A stretch of 64,000 nt of DNA, taken from NCBI GenBank assembly GCA_963771275.1, contig CAVYSW010000006.1, positions 187,073 to 251,072 on the forward strand, in the 5' to 3' direction. Shown piece by piece: positions 42,242-52,200 of the stretch. The notes under the pieces are model-generated. The model was not told where the DNA came from. It ran no database searches and saw nothing but the letters and a program-made list of their open reading frames with translations. Within the stretch, counting starts at the first letter, position 1. Each line of letters begins with the position of its first letter. This DNA comes from an uncultured Gemmatimonadales bacterium. Lineage in GTDB: Bacteria; Gemmatimonadota; Gemmatimonadetes; Gemmatimonadales; GWC2-71-9. The position numbers and the translations under genes are program-made.

Positions 42242-43264
42242 CTACAATGTAACCGCCCCGCCATCCCGCGGGCCGCCCGCCACCCCGGCCACGTGCTCGG
42301 CCGCCATACGCTCCGCCCAGTAGACCCGACGCCAAGGTGGCCCGGAGACAAAACCGACGTGACCACCCCGCTCGGTGAACTGTGGATCGAGCGCAGCGTT
42401 CCGCGCCGCCACCTCGCGGGGGACCGCCGTGCCGGGAAGGAACGGGTCGTCGACGGCGTGGATCAGCCGCGTGGGGACGCGGATGGCACCGAGGAACCCG
42501 GCGGAGCTCGAGCGGCGGTAATAGTCGTCCGCGCCCGCGAACCCGTGGAGCGGCGCCGTGGCGGCATCGTCGAACTCCCGGAATGTCCGGGCCGCGAGCG
42601 CGCGGCCAAGGTCCATGCGGTTGCCAAGCGTGTCCGCCCGCGCCCGCAGCTTCCGCCGCAGCGAGCGCAGCAGCCGCCACACGTATGCTCGGGCGACCCC
42701 ACGCTCGGTGCAGGCGGCCCCGGCCGCAAGGTCGTACGGCACGGACACCGCCGCCGCGGCCACGAGCGCCCCGCGCCCCTGCTGCGCCTGCCCGCTCTGC
42801 CCCTCTTCTCCGAGGTACTTCAGCAGCACGTTACCGCCCAGGGAAAACCCCACGGCCGCCAAGGGGCGACCGGGAAACCGCCGTGCCAGCACGCCAATGA
42901 CGAACCGCAGGTCTCCGGTTTCCCCCGAGTGATACAGGCGCGGCGCGCGGTTGAGCTCGCCGCTGCAGGACCGGAAGTTGAGGCCGACAGCCGCGACCCC
43001 TAGCCTGGCAAGCTGGCGGTACGTTTCGAGCGCATAGCCGGACTGGGCGGACCCTTCCAGGCCGTGGAGCACCACCGCGAGCGGTGCGTCGCCGAGCGGG
43101 CCCGCCGCGGTCTCCGCCCAGTCGAGATCGAGGAAGTCGCTGTCGGGCGTGGTGAGGCGCTCCCGGGTCAGCCGCACGCCCCCGCGGGGTCGGGTCGCGC
43201 GGGCGCCCACCGTCTGGGCGTGCCGACCGGGCAGCCACCACGCGGGAACGAACGCGTCGCTCAC
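42242..43264 (-). CDS. YheT-like alpha/beta hydrolase
   Basis: HAQT, DFLDLDW, HGLEGS, YHSGETGD, GFSLGGN, DDPF, GGHVGF. Confidence 0.9.
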   Translation of the reverse strand: MSDAFVPAWWLPGRHAQTVGARATRPRGGVRLTRERLTTPDSDFLDLDWAETAAGPLGDAPLAVVLHGLEGSAQSGYALETYRQLARLGVAAVGLNFRSCSGELNRAPRLYHSGETGDLRFVIGVLARRFPGRPLAAVGFSLGGNVLLKYLGEEGQSGQAQQGRGALVAAAAVSVPYDLAAGAACTERGVARAYVWRLLRSLRRKLRARADTLGNRMDLGRALAARTFREFDDAATAPLHGFAGADDYYRRSSSAGFLGAIRVPTRLIHAVDDPFLPGTAVPREVAARNAALDPQFTERGGHVGFVSGPPWRRVYWAERMAAEHVAGVAGGPRDGGAVTL

Positions 43265-44022
43265 CAGGTCTCCCGCAACAGGGCCCGTCGCCGGTCCGGC
43301 GGAAACCGCTCAATGGCGTAGCGGAGCGCGGTACGCGGGACCCGGGGCCCCCGCGCCCGCAGGAACCGCTCCAGACGCCGGGCGTCCGTCTTGCCGGCCT
43401 CCCGCAGCAGCCAGCCGGTGGCCTTGTGGATCAGGTCATGCTCGTCAGCGAGCAGCCGGTCGGCCACGTCGTAGGCCAGCCCGAGGTGGCGTCCGTGGCG
43501 GGCGAACCGGACGAACGTCACGGCCGCGGCGCGCCGGACCCACAGGCTCCGGGCCGACGTCCACGTGGCGATCGTCGCCGCCAAGTCGGGGAATTGCTCG
43601 ACCAGGGGCTGCAGCACCTCCGGCGCCAGCAGGTCCACAGCCGCCCAGGTGGCACAACGCTCCGCCGCGAGCCACGCCCGCGCCGTACGGACCAGACCGC
43701 GCGGGTAGCTCCGCCGCCAGCGGCCGAGCACCAGCAGCCCCACGCTCTTCGCCTCGAGCTCCGGGTGGCGGAGCATGGCGTCGCAGAAGGTGACGGCGGC
43801 CCGCGCGTCCCACGCGCCGCGGTGCGCCTGCGCGACGGCGGCGGCGATCCGGCGCAGCGCCGGCGTCGCCACGCCAAAGAACGCCACCGCCTCGTCACGC
43901 TTGAAGTAGCGCCGCATGCCTGCCGCCCGGCGCGCGCTCCCCACCCGTTGAAGCGAGGCGACCGCCTGGCGCGCCGTCGCGATCACTTCGCCTCGCCGGA
44001 CTCCGCTTCCCGCCATTCCCAT
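43261..44022 (-). CDS. DNA alkylation repair protein (AlkD-like HEAT-repeat glycosylase); start uncertain
   Basis: FFGVATPALR, WAAVD, LWVRRAA, DLIHKATGWLLREAGK, RTALRYAIERF. Confidence 0.88.
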   Translation of the reverse strand: MGMAGSGVRRGEVIATARQAVASLQRVGSARRAAGMRRYFKRDEAVAFFGVATPALRRIAAAVAQAHRGAWDARAAVTFCDAMLRHPELEAKSVGLLVLGRWRRSYPRGLVRTARAWLAAERCATWAAVDLLAPEVLQPLVEQFPDLAATIATWTSARSLWVRRAAAVTFVRFARHGRHLGLAYDVADRLLADEHDLIHKATGWLLREAGKTDARRLERFLRARGPRVPRTALRYAIERFPPDRRRALLRETW

Positions 44023-44181
44023 CGCGCCCGCTCCTCGATCCGAGGTTGCAGCCGGTGAGACGAAACGTGCCACCGCTCCCGCCCGTCACTCCGGAGTCTT
44101 ACCTTCCCCGCACCCCAGCCCCACCGGTTCGCCTCCGGGAACTCCCGGTCGCCGCGCGCGGTAGGAACTGGAGGCAAACCA

Positions 44182-47100
44182 ATGTCGATCGCCCTTCACG
44201 TACAGAGACTGGTCTTTCGCATGCGACACCACGCCTCGCGCTCGACCCTGTTGCCGGGTTTCGGGCTCGCGCTGCTCGCCCTTGCCCTGAGCGGGCCTCC
44301 CGCCGCCGCCCAGTATTTCGGGCGCAACAAGGTGCAGTACGAGTCGTTCAAGTTCCAGGTCCTGCAGACCGAGCATTTCGACGTGTACTACTACCCCGAG
44401 GAGCGGGAAGCCGCGCTGCTCGCGGGCCGGATGGCTGAGCGCTGGTACTCACGGCTGTCGCGGATCCTGGGTCACGAGCTGGGAAGCCGGCAGCCGCTCA
44501 TCATGTACGCCGACCACCCCGCGTTCGAGCAGACCAACGCGCTCTCCGGCGAGCTGGGCGAGGCAACCGGGGGCGTGACCGAAGTCCTCAAGCGGCGCAT
44601 CGTGCTGCCGTTCGCGGGCGGGCTCAAGGACACCGACCACGTGATCGGTCACGAGCTGGTGCACGCCTTCCAGTACGATATCACCGGCCAGGGACGCTCG
44701 GTGCAGACGGGGGGCCTCCCGGGGGCCCTGCGCCTGCCGTTGTGGTTCATCGAAGGCATGGCCGAGTACCTCTCGATCGGTCCGGTCGACCCCAATACGG
44801 CGATGTGGATGCGGGACCAGACCCGGCAGAAGCTGCCCACGATCGCCCAGCTGGGCGACTCCTACCGGTGGTTCCCCTACCGCTACGGGCAGGCGTTGTG
44901 GGCCTACCTCGCGGGCCGGTACGGGGACGAGGTCGTCGGCCGGCTGCTGAAGGTCGCCGGGCGGGCCAGCGACCCGGAGCTCGCGATTTCCCGCATGCTC
45001 GGGGCCGACCTCAAGGAACTGAGCGAGCAGTGGCACGCCGCGCTGCACGCCGCGTACGACTCACTGATCCCGGTCACGCGCCCGGCGACGGAGTACGGTC
45101 AGCCGATCTTCGCCCAGCGCGACGTGATGAACGTGGCCCCGGTGCTCAGTCCCGACGGGCGGCAGGTCGCGTTCATCTCCACGCGCGACCTGTTCTCGGT
45201 GGACGTCTACGTGGGCGACGTCGAGACCGGCCGGATCGTGCGGAAGCTCACGCACACCGCGGTCGACCCCCATTTCGAGAGCCTGCAGTTCATCAACTCC
45301 GCCGGCACCTGGAGCCCTGACGGCACGCGGTTCGCGCTCGCGGGCGTGAGTGAGGGTCACCCCATCCTCACGCTGATCGACGTCGCGACCGGCCGGCGCG
45401 AGCCGGACATCGCGTTCCCGCAGCTCGGCGAGATCTACAGCCCCGCCTGGTCGCCGGACGGTCGCTACCTCGCGTTCTCCGCCCTCGCGGGCGGGCTGTC
45501 CGATCTGTTTCTCTACGACCTCGAGACGCATCAGATGCGGCGGCTCACGAACGACCCGTTCGGCGACCTCCAGCCGGCCTGGTCTCCTGACGGGACGCGC
45601 CTGGCGTTCGCGTCCGACCGCTTCACGACGCAGCTCGACGATCTGCAGTACGGCAACTACCAGATCGTGGTGATGGACGTGGCGAGCGGAGCGATGCAGC
45701 CGGTTTCCGGCTTCGCCACGGGCAAGCAGATCAATCCGCAATGGTCGCCGGACGGCCAGAGTGTGTATTTCATTTCCGACCACAGCGGCATTCCCGATCT
45801 GTACCGCGAGCGCCTGTCGGACAGCACCATCTATCAGGTCACGAATCTCTACACGGGCGTCTCGGGCATCACCCCGACGAGTCCGGCGTTCAGCATGGCT
45901 CCGCGCGCGGACCGGGCGGTGATCAGCGTGTACCAGCACGACAGCTACGGGATGTACCGCGTGGAAGACGCCCAGGTGCTCGCGGGCCGGGAGGTCGCCC
46001 CGGCCTTCGCGCTGCAGGCCGATCGCCTCCCGCCGCTCGAGCCCATCGGGAACCAGCTCGGGGACGTGCTGGCGGACATGCGGACCGGCCTGCCCGACAC
46101 CGCGGAGTTCGCGTCCAAGCGGTACAGGGCGGGGCTGGGCCTGGACTACATCTCTCAGCCGCAGCTGCTGGTCGCCTCCAGCCAGTTCGGGACGTACGTC
46201 GGCGCGGGCGCCGCGCTCTACTGGAGCGATATGCTGGGGAATCGCAACCTGACGACGGCGCTGCAAGTCAACGGCGGCTACAAGGACATCACGGCGCTGC
46301 TCGGCTACGCCAACCTGCAGCGACGCCTCAACTGGGGCGTGTTCGCCCAGCAGGTGCCATACCTGTACGGCCAGACGTACCAGGGTATCGGCACCTACAA
46401 CGGCCAGCCCGCGTACGTCGATCAGATCCTCAAGTTCCGGCAGACCAACCGGGAGCTCTCGGGCATCGTATCCTACCCCTTCAACCGGGCGATGCGGCTC
46501 GAGTTGTCGGCCGGCGGGCGCGACATCCGGTTCGACCAGGAGAATCGGATCGTCGTGACCGATCCCGCGGGCAACAAGCTCTTCGACTCCACCGAAACGA
46601 CGCACCCGTACCCCGCGATCACGCTCGGGACCGCGAGCGCGGCGTTCGTGTACGACCAGTCCCTGTTCGGCGCCACGTCGCCGATCCTCGGCCAGCGGTT
46701 CCGGTTCGAGGTGTCGCCCTCCCTGGGCTCGCTCAACTTCTACACGTTGCTCGCTGACTACCGGCGCTACGTGATCCCCGTGCGCCCGTTCACGATCGCC
46801 GCTCGGGTGCTGCACTACGGCCGCTACGGAGGGGCCGCCGTGGACACGGTGCTGCAGTCGCTGTTCATCGGCTACCCGGGCATGGTGCGCGGCTACAGCG
46901 ACGGCTCGTTCCAGGCCAGCGACTGCGTCCCGCAGGGCACCGATCCGTGCCCGGCCTTCAGCCAGCTCCTGGGCAGCCGGATCGCGATGGCGAACCTCGA
47001 GCTGCGGTTCCCCCTGCTCGGGGCGCTCGGAGTCGGATCGGGCTACTATGGGTTCTTCCCGATCGAGATGGCCCTGTTCGCCGATGCCGGCCTGGCCTGG

Positions 47101-47304
47101 TGGGGCGATCACCGGCCGGGATCTACCGGGAATGACAAGGCGTTCTTCCTGGGCGGCGACCGCAAGCCCGTGTACAGCGTCGGCGCGGCGGCGCGGATCA
47201 ACGTGTTGGGCTTCATGATCGTCGAGATCGACCTGGCCCGGCCGTTCCAGCACGGACCGAACGGCCGGTGGATCTGGCAGGTCGGCTTCGTCCCCGGATT
47301 CTAG
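44182..47304 (+). CDS. Outer-membrane protein: zincin peptidase-like domain + PD40 propeller + Omp85/BamA-type barrel
   Basis: Signal peptide; HELVH...WFIEGMAEY; multiple WSPDG; VRGY lid motif; C-terminal QVGFVPGF; RBS GGAGG. Confidence 0.85.
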   Translation: MSIALHVQRLVFRMRHHASRSTLLPGFGLALLALALSGPPAAAQYFGRNKVQYESFKFQVLQTEHFDVYYYPEEREAALLAGRMAERWYSRLSRILGHELGSRQPLIMYADHPAFEQTNALSGELGEATGGVTEVLKRRIVLPFAGGLKDTDHVIGHELVHAFQYDITGQGRSVQTGGLPGALRLPLWFIEGMAEYLSIGPVDPNTAMWMRDQTRQKLPTIAQLGDSYRWFPYRYGQALWAYLAGRYGDEVVGRLLKVAGRASDPELAISRMLGADLKELSEQWHAALHAAYDSLIPVTRPATEYGQPIFAQRDVMNVAPVLSPDGRQVAFISTRDLFSVDVYVGDVETGRIVRKLTHTAVDPHFESLQFINSAGTWSPDGTRFALAGVSEGHPILTLIDVATGRREPDIAFPQLGEIYSPAWSPDGRYLAFSALAGGLSDLFLYDLETHQMRRLTNDPFGDLQPAWSPDGTRLAFASDRFTTQLDDLQYGNYQIVVMDVASGAMQPVSGFATGKQINPQWSPDGQSVYFISDHSGIPDLYRERLSDSTIYQVTNLYTGVSGITPTSPAFSMAPRADRAVISVYQHDSYGMYRVEDAQVLAGREVAPAFALQADRLPPLEPIGNQLGDVLADMRTGLPDTAEFASKRYRAGLGLDYISQPQLLVASSQFGTYVGAGAALYWSDMLGNRNLTTALQVNGGYKDITALLGYANLQRRLNWGVFAQQVPYLYGQTYQGIGTYNGQPAYVDQILKFRQTNRELSGIVSYPFNRAMRLELSAGGRDIRFDQENRIVVTDPAGNKLFDSTETTHPYPAITLGTASAAFVYDQSLFGATSPILGQRFRFEVSPSLGSLNFYTLLADYRRYVIPVRPFTIAARVLHYGRYGGAAVDTVLQSLFIGYPGMVRGYSDGSFQASDCVPQGTDPCPAFSQLLGSRIAMANLELRFPLLGALGVGSGYYGFFPIEMALFADAGLAWWGDHRPGSTGNDKAFFLGGDRKPVYSVGAAARINVLGFMIVEIDLARPFQHGPNGRWIWQVGFVPGF

Positions 47305-47356
47305 AGGACGTGGCGGCCTTCGCGCCGGCGCGCCCGGTTGGGCGCGCCGGGCCGCG

Positions 47357-48892
47357 TCACGGAGTTCGTCTTGCCATGCCGCACCGCACCCAGTCGCGCG
47401 GCGCCCCGGTCCGGGGATCGGGCGGGAGGACGGCGCGATCGCGCGGAACGCGCTCCGGGTCTTCCGAGGCCGCGTACGCCAGCATCGCCGCCAGGGTCGC
47501 GTTGTTCCGCAGGTCGTCGAACACGATCTTGTCGTACGTGTCACGGTTGGTGTGCCACGTGTACTGCCGGTACTCGTCGTAGGCGGATTGCAGGCGGAAC
47601 GCGGGCACACCCCGGCAGAGGAACGAGGCGTGGTCGCTCCCCATGTTCTCCTGCGTCCCGGGGAAAACCAGCCGGATGTTCGCGGCGATCGCCCGCGGCA
47701 CGAGGCCGACCCAGCGCGCGATGTTGCCCCCCGCGCGCGCGAATCCGGACGCCTCGATCAGCTCGACCCGCCAGGTGCCGTTGTCCTGGTTGAACAGCGC
47801 CTGCAGCCCCTCGAGCACCTCGGGGTGATCCTCCGCGAAGGCGCGCGACCCGACGAGCCCCACCTCCTCGCCCCCCCAGTGCCCCACCAGAATGGTGCGG
47901 CGGGGCGCGGGGTACGCCGTATGCAGCAGTCGCATCGCCTCGAGCATCATGATCGTGCCCGTCCCGTTGTCCGTGGCACCGGTCGCCGCGTGCCAGGAAT
48001 CGTAGTGCGCCGACAGCATCACGTACTCGTTGGGCAGCTCCCGTCCCTTGAGCTCCGCGATCACGTTGAATTGCGGGGCCGTCCCGAGGTCTTCCGACTC
48101 GACCGCCACGCGCAGCCGCGGCCCCTGCCCGTGGGTGGCCAGCCGGAACAGGAGGCCGTAGTCCTCGCACCCCACGTCGACGGCGGGCAGCGCGCGTGAC
48201 GGCGCGCCGAACACCTTGTTCACGCCCCACCCGCCCGACCACGACGACGTGATCACGCCGGCCGCCCCGGCCTGCTCGAGGCGGTCGGCGTAGCCGCGCC
48301 CGCCGAGCGCGCCGAGTCGCGCGCTCCACGCCACCGCGACACTGTCGCGCTGCGCGCGCAGCCGCTCGACGGTTTCCGGGCGGGCGTTCTGTTCGAGCTC
48401 CTGGTGCGCCCGACAGGTCGGTTCGGGTGCGGAAACGAGCACGAACGCGCCGCGCACGCGGCCGAGCCACGCGGCAAGATCGGCACCCGGCTCCGGCGGG
48501 ACGGTCACGGCGCCGTCCACCGGCCGCGCGGTTGCCGCGCTCCAGGCACGGACCTTCGCTTCCAGGGACTCCACGCGCGGCGCGATGAGATCGACGTGAA
48601 CGGCCCCGTGCCGCCACGCGCGGTACGTGCCGTACTGCTCCCTGCGGACCGTGACACCCCAGCCCTGGTACGTGCGCACGAGCCAGTCGGCCGCCGCCGC
48701 CATGCCGGGTGATCCGGGGAGCCGCGCGCCGATCGAATCCGTCAGGACCTGCGCGAGTCGCTCCGCCTGGGACCGCTCCATCCCTTCCTGCCAGATGCGG
48801 CGGATCACGGAGTCCGTGGTGGTGAGCGACTGGGCCCCGGCGGGTCCTGGGACGAGCAGCAGCAGGCACACGGCGATTGGGCGAGCGAGCAT
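47357..48892 (-). CDS. Secreted M28 family peptidase (carboxypeptidase Q-like)
   Basis: LTDSIGARL, SAHYDSW, GATDNGTG, GEEVGLVGS, SDHASF, WHTNRDTYDK. Confidence 0.9.
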   Translation of the reverse strand: MLARPIAVCLLLLVPGPAGAQSLTTTDSVIRRIWQEGMERSQAERLAQVLTDSIGARLPGSPGMAAAADWLVRTYQGWGVTVRREQYGTYRAWRHGAVHVDLIAPRVESLEAKVRAWSAATARPVDGAVTVPPEPGADLAAWLGRVRGAFVLVSAPEPTCRAHQELEQNARPETVERLRAQRDSVAVAWSARLGALGGRGYADRLEQAGAAGVITSSWSGGWGVNKVFGAPSRALPAVDVGCEDYGLLFRLATHGQGPRLRVAVESEDLGTAPQFNVIAELKGRELPNEYVMLSAHYDSWHAATGATDNGTGTIMMLEAMRLLHTAYPAPRRTILVGHWGGEEVGLVGSRAFAEDHPEVLEGLQALFNQDNGTWRVELIEASGFARAGGNIARWVGLVPRAIAANIRLVFPGTQENMGSDHASFLCRGVPAFRLQSAYDEYRQYTWHTNRDTYDKIVFDDLRNNATLAAMLAYAASEDPERVPRDRAVLPPDPRTGAPRDWVRCGMARRTP

Positions 48893-48979
48893 CACATCTC
48901 CAGATCGTTGCGGTTGCTGAAGCGAACGGTCGGGTTCCGTCCGTCAGGGCACGGCCGGAACGGCGACCCGGCAGCTGGG

Positions 48980-49375
48980 TCAGTCGAGCACGTCGGCCAG
49001 CGTCGTATCCCGGAAGAAGGTCGCGATCTGCTCCGAGGTCGCGCGCCAGCGATGGTGCACCGGGCACGGCGCGCGATCGTTGCACTCGGGCCGGCCGAGC
49101 AGACAGCGGCGGCGTGGCTGGATGTCGTCGAACGGGGACACGATGCGGAGGAGCGGCAGCTCCGCCGGCGGCACCGCAAGCTGGAACCCGCCGCGCTTGC
49201 CCCGTGTCGAGCGGAGCACCCCGGCCCGCACCAGCTCGTGCAGGATCTTGCCGAGGTAGTTCCGTGGGACGTCGACCGCCTCGGCGAGGTCTTCGGCACG
49301 CACCGGCGTCTTCGCGCCCTCGCGGGCCAAGTGCACCGCCGCGCGGAGCGCGTACTCAGCCGTTCCCGACAGCAC
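48980..49375 (-). CDS. Rrf2 family transcriptional regulator with three Cys (probable Fe-S)
   Basis: AEYALRA, YLGKILHEL, STRGKRGGFQL, CLLGRPECNDRAPCPVH. Confidence 0.9.
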   Translation of the reverse strand: MLSGTAEYALRAAVHLAREGAKTPVRAEDLAEAVDVPRNYLGKILHELVRAGVLRSTRGKRGGFQLAVPPAELPLLRIVSPFDDIQPRRRCLLGRPECNDRAPCPVHHRWRATSEQIATFFRDTTLADVLD

Positions 49376-49527
49376 CCGGGTCCTCCCAACAGAGGGTCTC
49401 GCCCGCCAATGATACCACAGCGTCATGGCGATAAGATCATGATAAAAACATCTTTCTGACGGCGCCATCCCTGCCTCCCCCCGCCCCCCTCCTGCCCTCC
49501 CCGACGGTGCCGCATCATCTTAGGTGC

Positions 49528-50451
49528 ATGTCGCTCGCTCGATCGTTGCTGCTCTGGGGCTCGCGGAGCTCCTGGCTCGCGGCGCAACTGCGTCGCCGCA
49601 CATTTGCCCGTCGGGCCGTCCGTCGCTTCATGCCGGGGGAGGACCTCGAGGCGGCGCTCGCGGCCTCGGCGGACCTCGTCAGGCACGGCACCGCGGGCAC
49701 GGTGCTCACGCAGCTCGGGGAGAACCTGTCCCAGGCCTCCGACGCGGAGGCGGTGCGGCGCCACTACCTTGGCGTGCTCGACGATATCGCGGCCCGCGCG
49801 CTGCCGACCCAGATATCGGTCAAGCTGACGCAGCTCGGTCTCGACTTCGACGTGGACCAGTGCGTGTCCGCGCTGGAGTCCCTCGCCGAACGGGCCGCGC
49901 CCGGGCTGATCTGGGTCGACATGGAGGACACGCGCTACACGGACGTCACGCTCGACGTGTTCCGCCGGGCCCGGGCGCACCACACCAACGTCGGGCTGTG
50001 CCTGCAGGCGTACCTGCGCCGCACGCCGGACGATCTCGCGTCCCTGCTGCCGCTCAATCCGGCGATCCGGATCGTGAAGGGCGCCTATGCCGAGCCGCCG
50101 GCGCAGGCGTTCCCGCGCAAGCGTGATACCGATGACGCGTATCTCACGATCGCGTCCCGGCTGATCGCGCATGCCGCCGCCACCCGCGCTCCCGCGCCGG
50201 TGCTGGGCACGCACGACGGCCGGCTGATTGCCGAGCTGCAGCGGCGCGCCGCGGCTGCGGGCCTGCCGCGATCGGCGTGCGAAGTGCACATGCTGTACGG
50301 CATCCGGGTGGCCGACCAGGAGAGGCTGACGCGGGCCGGCTGTGCGGTACGCGTGCTGATCAGCTACGGGACGGCCTGGTTCCGCTGGTACATGCGGCGG
50401 CTGGCGGAGCGGCCGGCCAACGTCTGGTTCGTGTTGCGTAGCGCCTTCTGA
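49528..50451 (+). CDS. Monofunctional proline dehydrogenase
   Basis: RFMPGE, LGEN, SVKLTQLGL, VDMED, LQAYLRRT, VKGAYAEP, THD, MLYGI, YMRRLAERPAN. Confidence 0.92.
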   Translation: MSLARSLLLWGSRSSWLAAQLRRRTFARRAVRRFMPGEDLEAALAASADLVRHGTAGTVLTQLGENLSQASDAEAVRRHYLGVLDDIAARALPTQISVKLTQLGLDFDVDQCVSALESLAERAAPGLIWVDMEDTRYTDVTLDVFRRARAHHTNVGLCLQAYLRRTPDDLASLLPLNPAIRIVKGAYAEPPAQAFPRKRDTDDAYLTIASRLIAHAAATRAPAPVLGTHDGRLIAELQRRAAAAGLPRSACEVHMLYGIRVADQERLTRAGCAVRVLISYGTAWFRWYMRRLAERPANVWFVLRSAF

Positions 50452-50460
50452 CCTGCGGGT

Positions 50461-50925
50461 TCAGGGCCGGCGACGGCCCGTGGCGATGCTCAGCGGACCC
50501 CCGCGCGTCTGGAACTCCCACGTCGTGTCGGCGATGAGCTGATTCCCCGCGGAATCGCGCACCGCGCGGGTGATGGTCGCGAGGTAGACGGTGAGGGAGT
50601 CGAGCGGCTGGTCGGGCGTCGCCGTCGCGGTCCGGCCCGCGTAGCTGAAGGCCAGCGGAATCAACGCGGGTGCGAAGTTCTGGCGCAGGGAAAACGAGGC
50701 CGTCGCGATGGTCGCAGGGTTGACGGCCTCGGTGAACGTCACATGGATCACGGCCCGGAGGTCCACACCGGTGTCGTGCGGGGCCGGGCTGAGGGATTCG
50801 ATCATCGGCGGGATGGTGTCGCCCGGTCCCGGGGGCGGCTCCAAGCCATCGCCGCTGCCGCAGGCCAGCGACGCCGGCACCGCCAGCAGCCCTGGCAGGA
50901 GCCGAACGGTCCGTCTATTGTGCAT
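50461..50925 (-). CDS. Small lipoprotein with Big_5-like Ig domain
   Basis: Lipobox SLAC; DTIPP...VTFTEAVNPAT...VRDSAGN...WEFQT. Confidence 0.82.
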   Translation of the reverse strand: MHNRRTVRLLPGLLAVPASLACGSGDGLEPPPGPGDTIPPMIESLSPAPHDTGVDLRAVIHVTFTEAVNPATIATASFSLRQNFAPALIPLAFSYAGRTATATPDQPLDSLTVYLATITRAVRDSAGNQLIADTTWEFQTRGGPLSIATGRRRP

Positions 50926-51046
50926 GGGTTCAAGCTACTTGACCGCCCGCCGGGCCGGGTGAAGTGTCCCGGATCACGGGACGGGGCCCCGCCGACCGTG
51001 CATATTGGGGCCCAACCCAGGCCGCCCCGGAAGGAGCCAGACCGGA

Positions 51047-51487
51047 ATGCCGATGTTCGATGACCGCGCGTCGCCGGACCGCACGAGCCGCCGGCAGCAA
51101 CCCGAGACGCTGCGCCTGCGCGCCGTGATGCCGGTGATCACCGTATCCGACCTCGAGCGCAGCCTGGTGTGGTATCGCGATATCCTCGGCTTCGTGGTGG
51201 CGGAGGAGGCTCGCAAGGACAAGCGCCTGACCGTCGTGCAGCTCAAGGCCGGCAAGGTCCGGTTCCTGCTGCGGCAGGATCCCGAGGTACGCAGCCACCG
51301 GCGCCAGCCGCAGACTGTGCAGCTGTACTGCGCCACCCGGCAGGACGTGGACAAGCTGGCCGCAGGGATCCAGGTCCGCGGGGGGGTCGTGGAGGAAGCG
51401 CCTGGTGAGGCCCATGCCGGTCGGGACTTCACGGTGGTGGACCCCGACGGCGTGCGGATCTCCATCTTCTGGCGCCCCGAAGCCTAG
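51047..51487 (+). CDS. VOC/glyoxalase family protein
   Basis: VSDLERSLVWYRDILGF; RDFTVVDPDG; start 51047 or 51053. Confidence 0.85.
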   Translation: MPMFDDRASPDRTSRRQQPETLRLRAVMPVITVSDLERSLVWYRDILGFVVAEEARKDKRLTVVQLKAGKVRFLLRQDPEVRSHRRQPQTVQLYCATRQDVDKLAAGIQVRGGVVEEAPGEAHAGRDFTVVDPDGVRISIFWRPEA

Positions 51488-51492
51488 GCGAC

Positions 51493-52200
51493 GTGCGCCT
51501 GCTCGCCGGCACGAGCGGCTTTGCCTACAAGGAGTGGAAGGGACCGTTCTACCCGGAGGACCTCCGGGACGACGCCATGCTCGGCTATTACGCCGGGCGC
51601 CTGCCGACCGTCGAGATCAACAACACGTTCTATCGCATGCCGCGCGAATCGGTCGTCGCGTCCTGGGCGAGCCAGACGCCTGACGGGTTCCGGTTCGTCC
51701 TCAAGGCGTCGCGTAAGATCACCCACTTCGGCAGACTGAAGAACGTCGAGGGCGAGCTGGAGTATTTCCTGCGCGTGTCGACGGTGCTCGGCCCAAAGCG
51801 CGGCCCGTCGCTGTTCCAGCTGCCGCCCACCATGCAGAAGGACGCCGCGCGGCTGCGCGATTTCGTCGCGCTGCTGCCCCGCGCCTGGCCGGCAGCATTC
51901 GAGTTCCGCCACGCGTCCTGGTTCGATGACGAGACGTACGGCATCCTGCACGCCCGGAACGCGGCGCTCTGCGTGGCAGACAAGGGAACCGACGAGGACG
52001 CCACTCCGCTGGTGGCGACCGCCGACTGGGGCTACGTGCGGCTCCGCGCCGAGACGTACGGCGAGGCAGACCTCGCGCGCTGGAGTGCGGCCCTGCGGGG
52101 CCAGCCCTGGCAGGAGGCGTACGTGTTTTTCAAGCATGAGGACGCGGGAGTCGGCGCGCAGCTGGCGCTGCGCCTGATGGAGACGGGACTCACCGGATAG
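51493..52200 (+). CDS. DUF72 (YecE-like) TIM-barrel protein
   Basis: GTSGFAYKEWKGPFYP, VEINNTFYRMP, KASRKITH, LFQLPP, EFRHASW, YVRLR. Confidence 0.92.
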   Translation: MRLLAGTSGFAYKEWKGPFYPEDLRDDAMLGYYAGRLPTVEINNTFYRMPRESVVASWASQTPDGFRFVLKASRKITHFGRLKNVEGELEYFLRVSTVLGPKRGPSLFQLPPTMQKDAARLRDFVALLPRAWPAAFEFRHASWFDDETYGILHARNAALCVADKGTDEDATPLVATADWGYVRLRAETYGEADLARWSAALRGQPWQEAYVFFKHEDAGVGAQLALRLMETGLTG

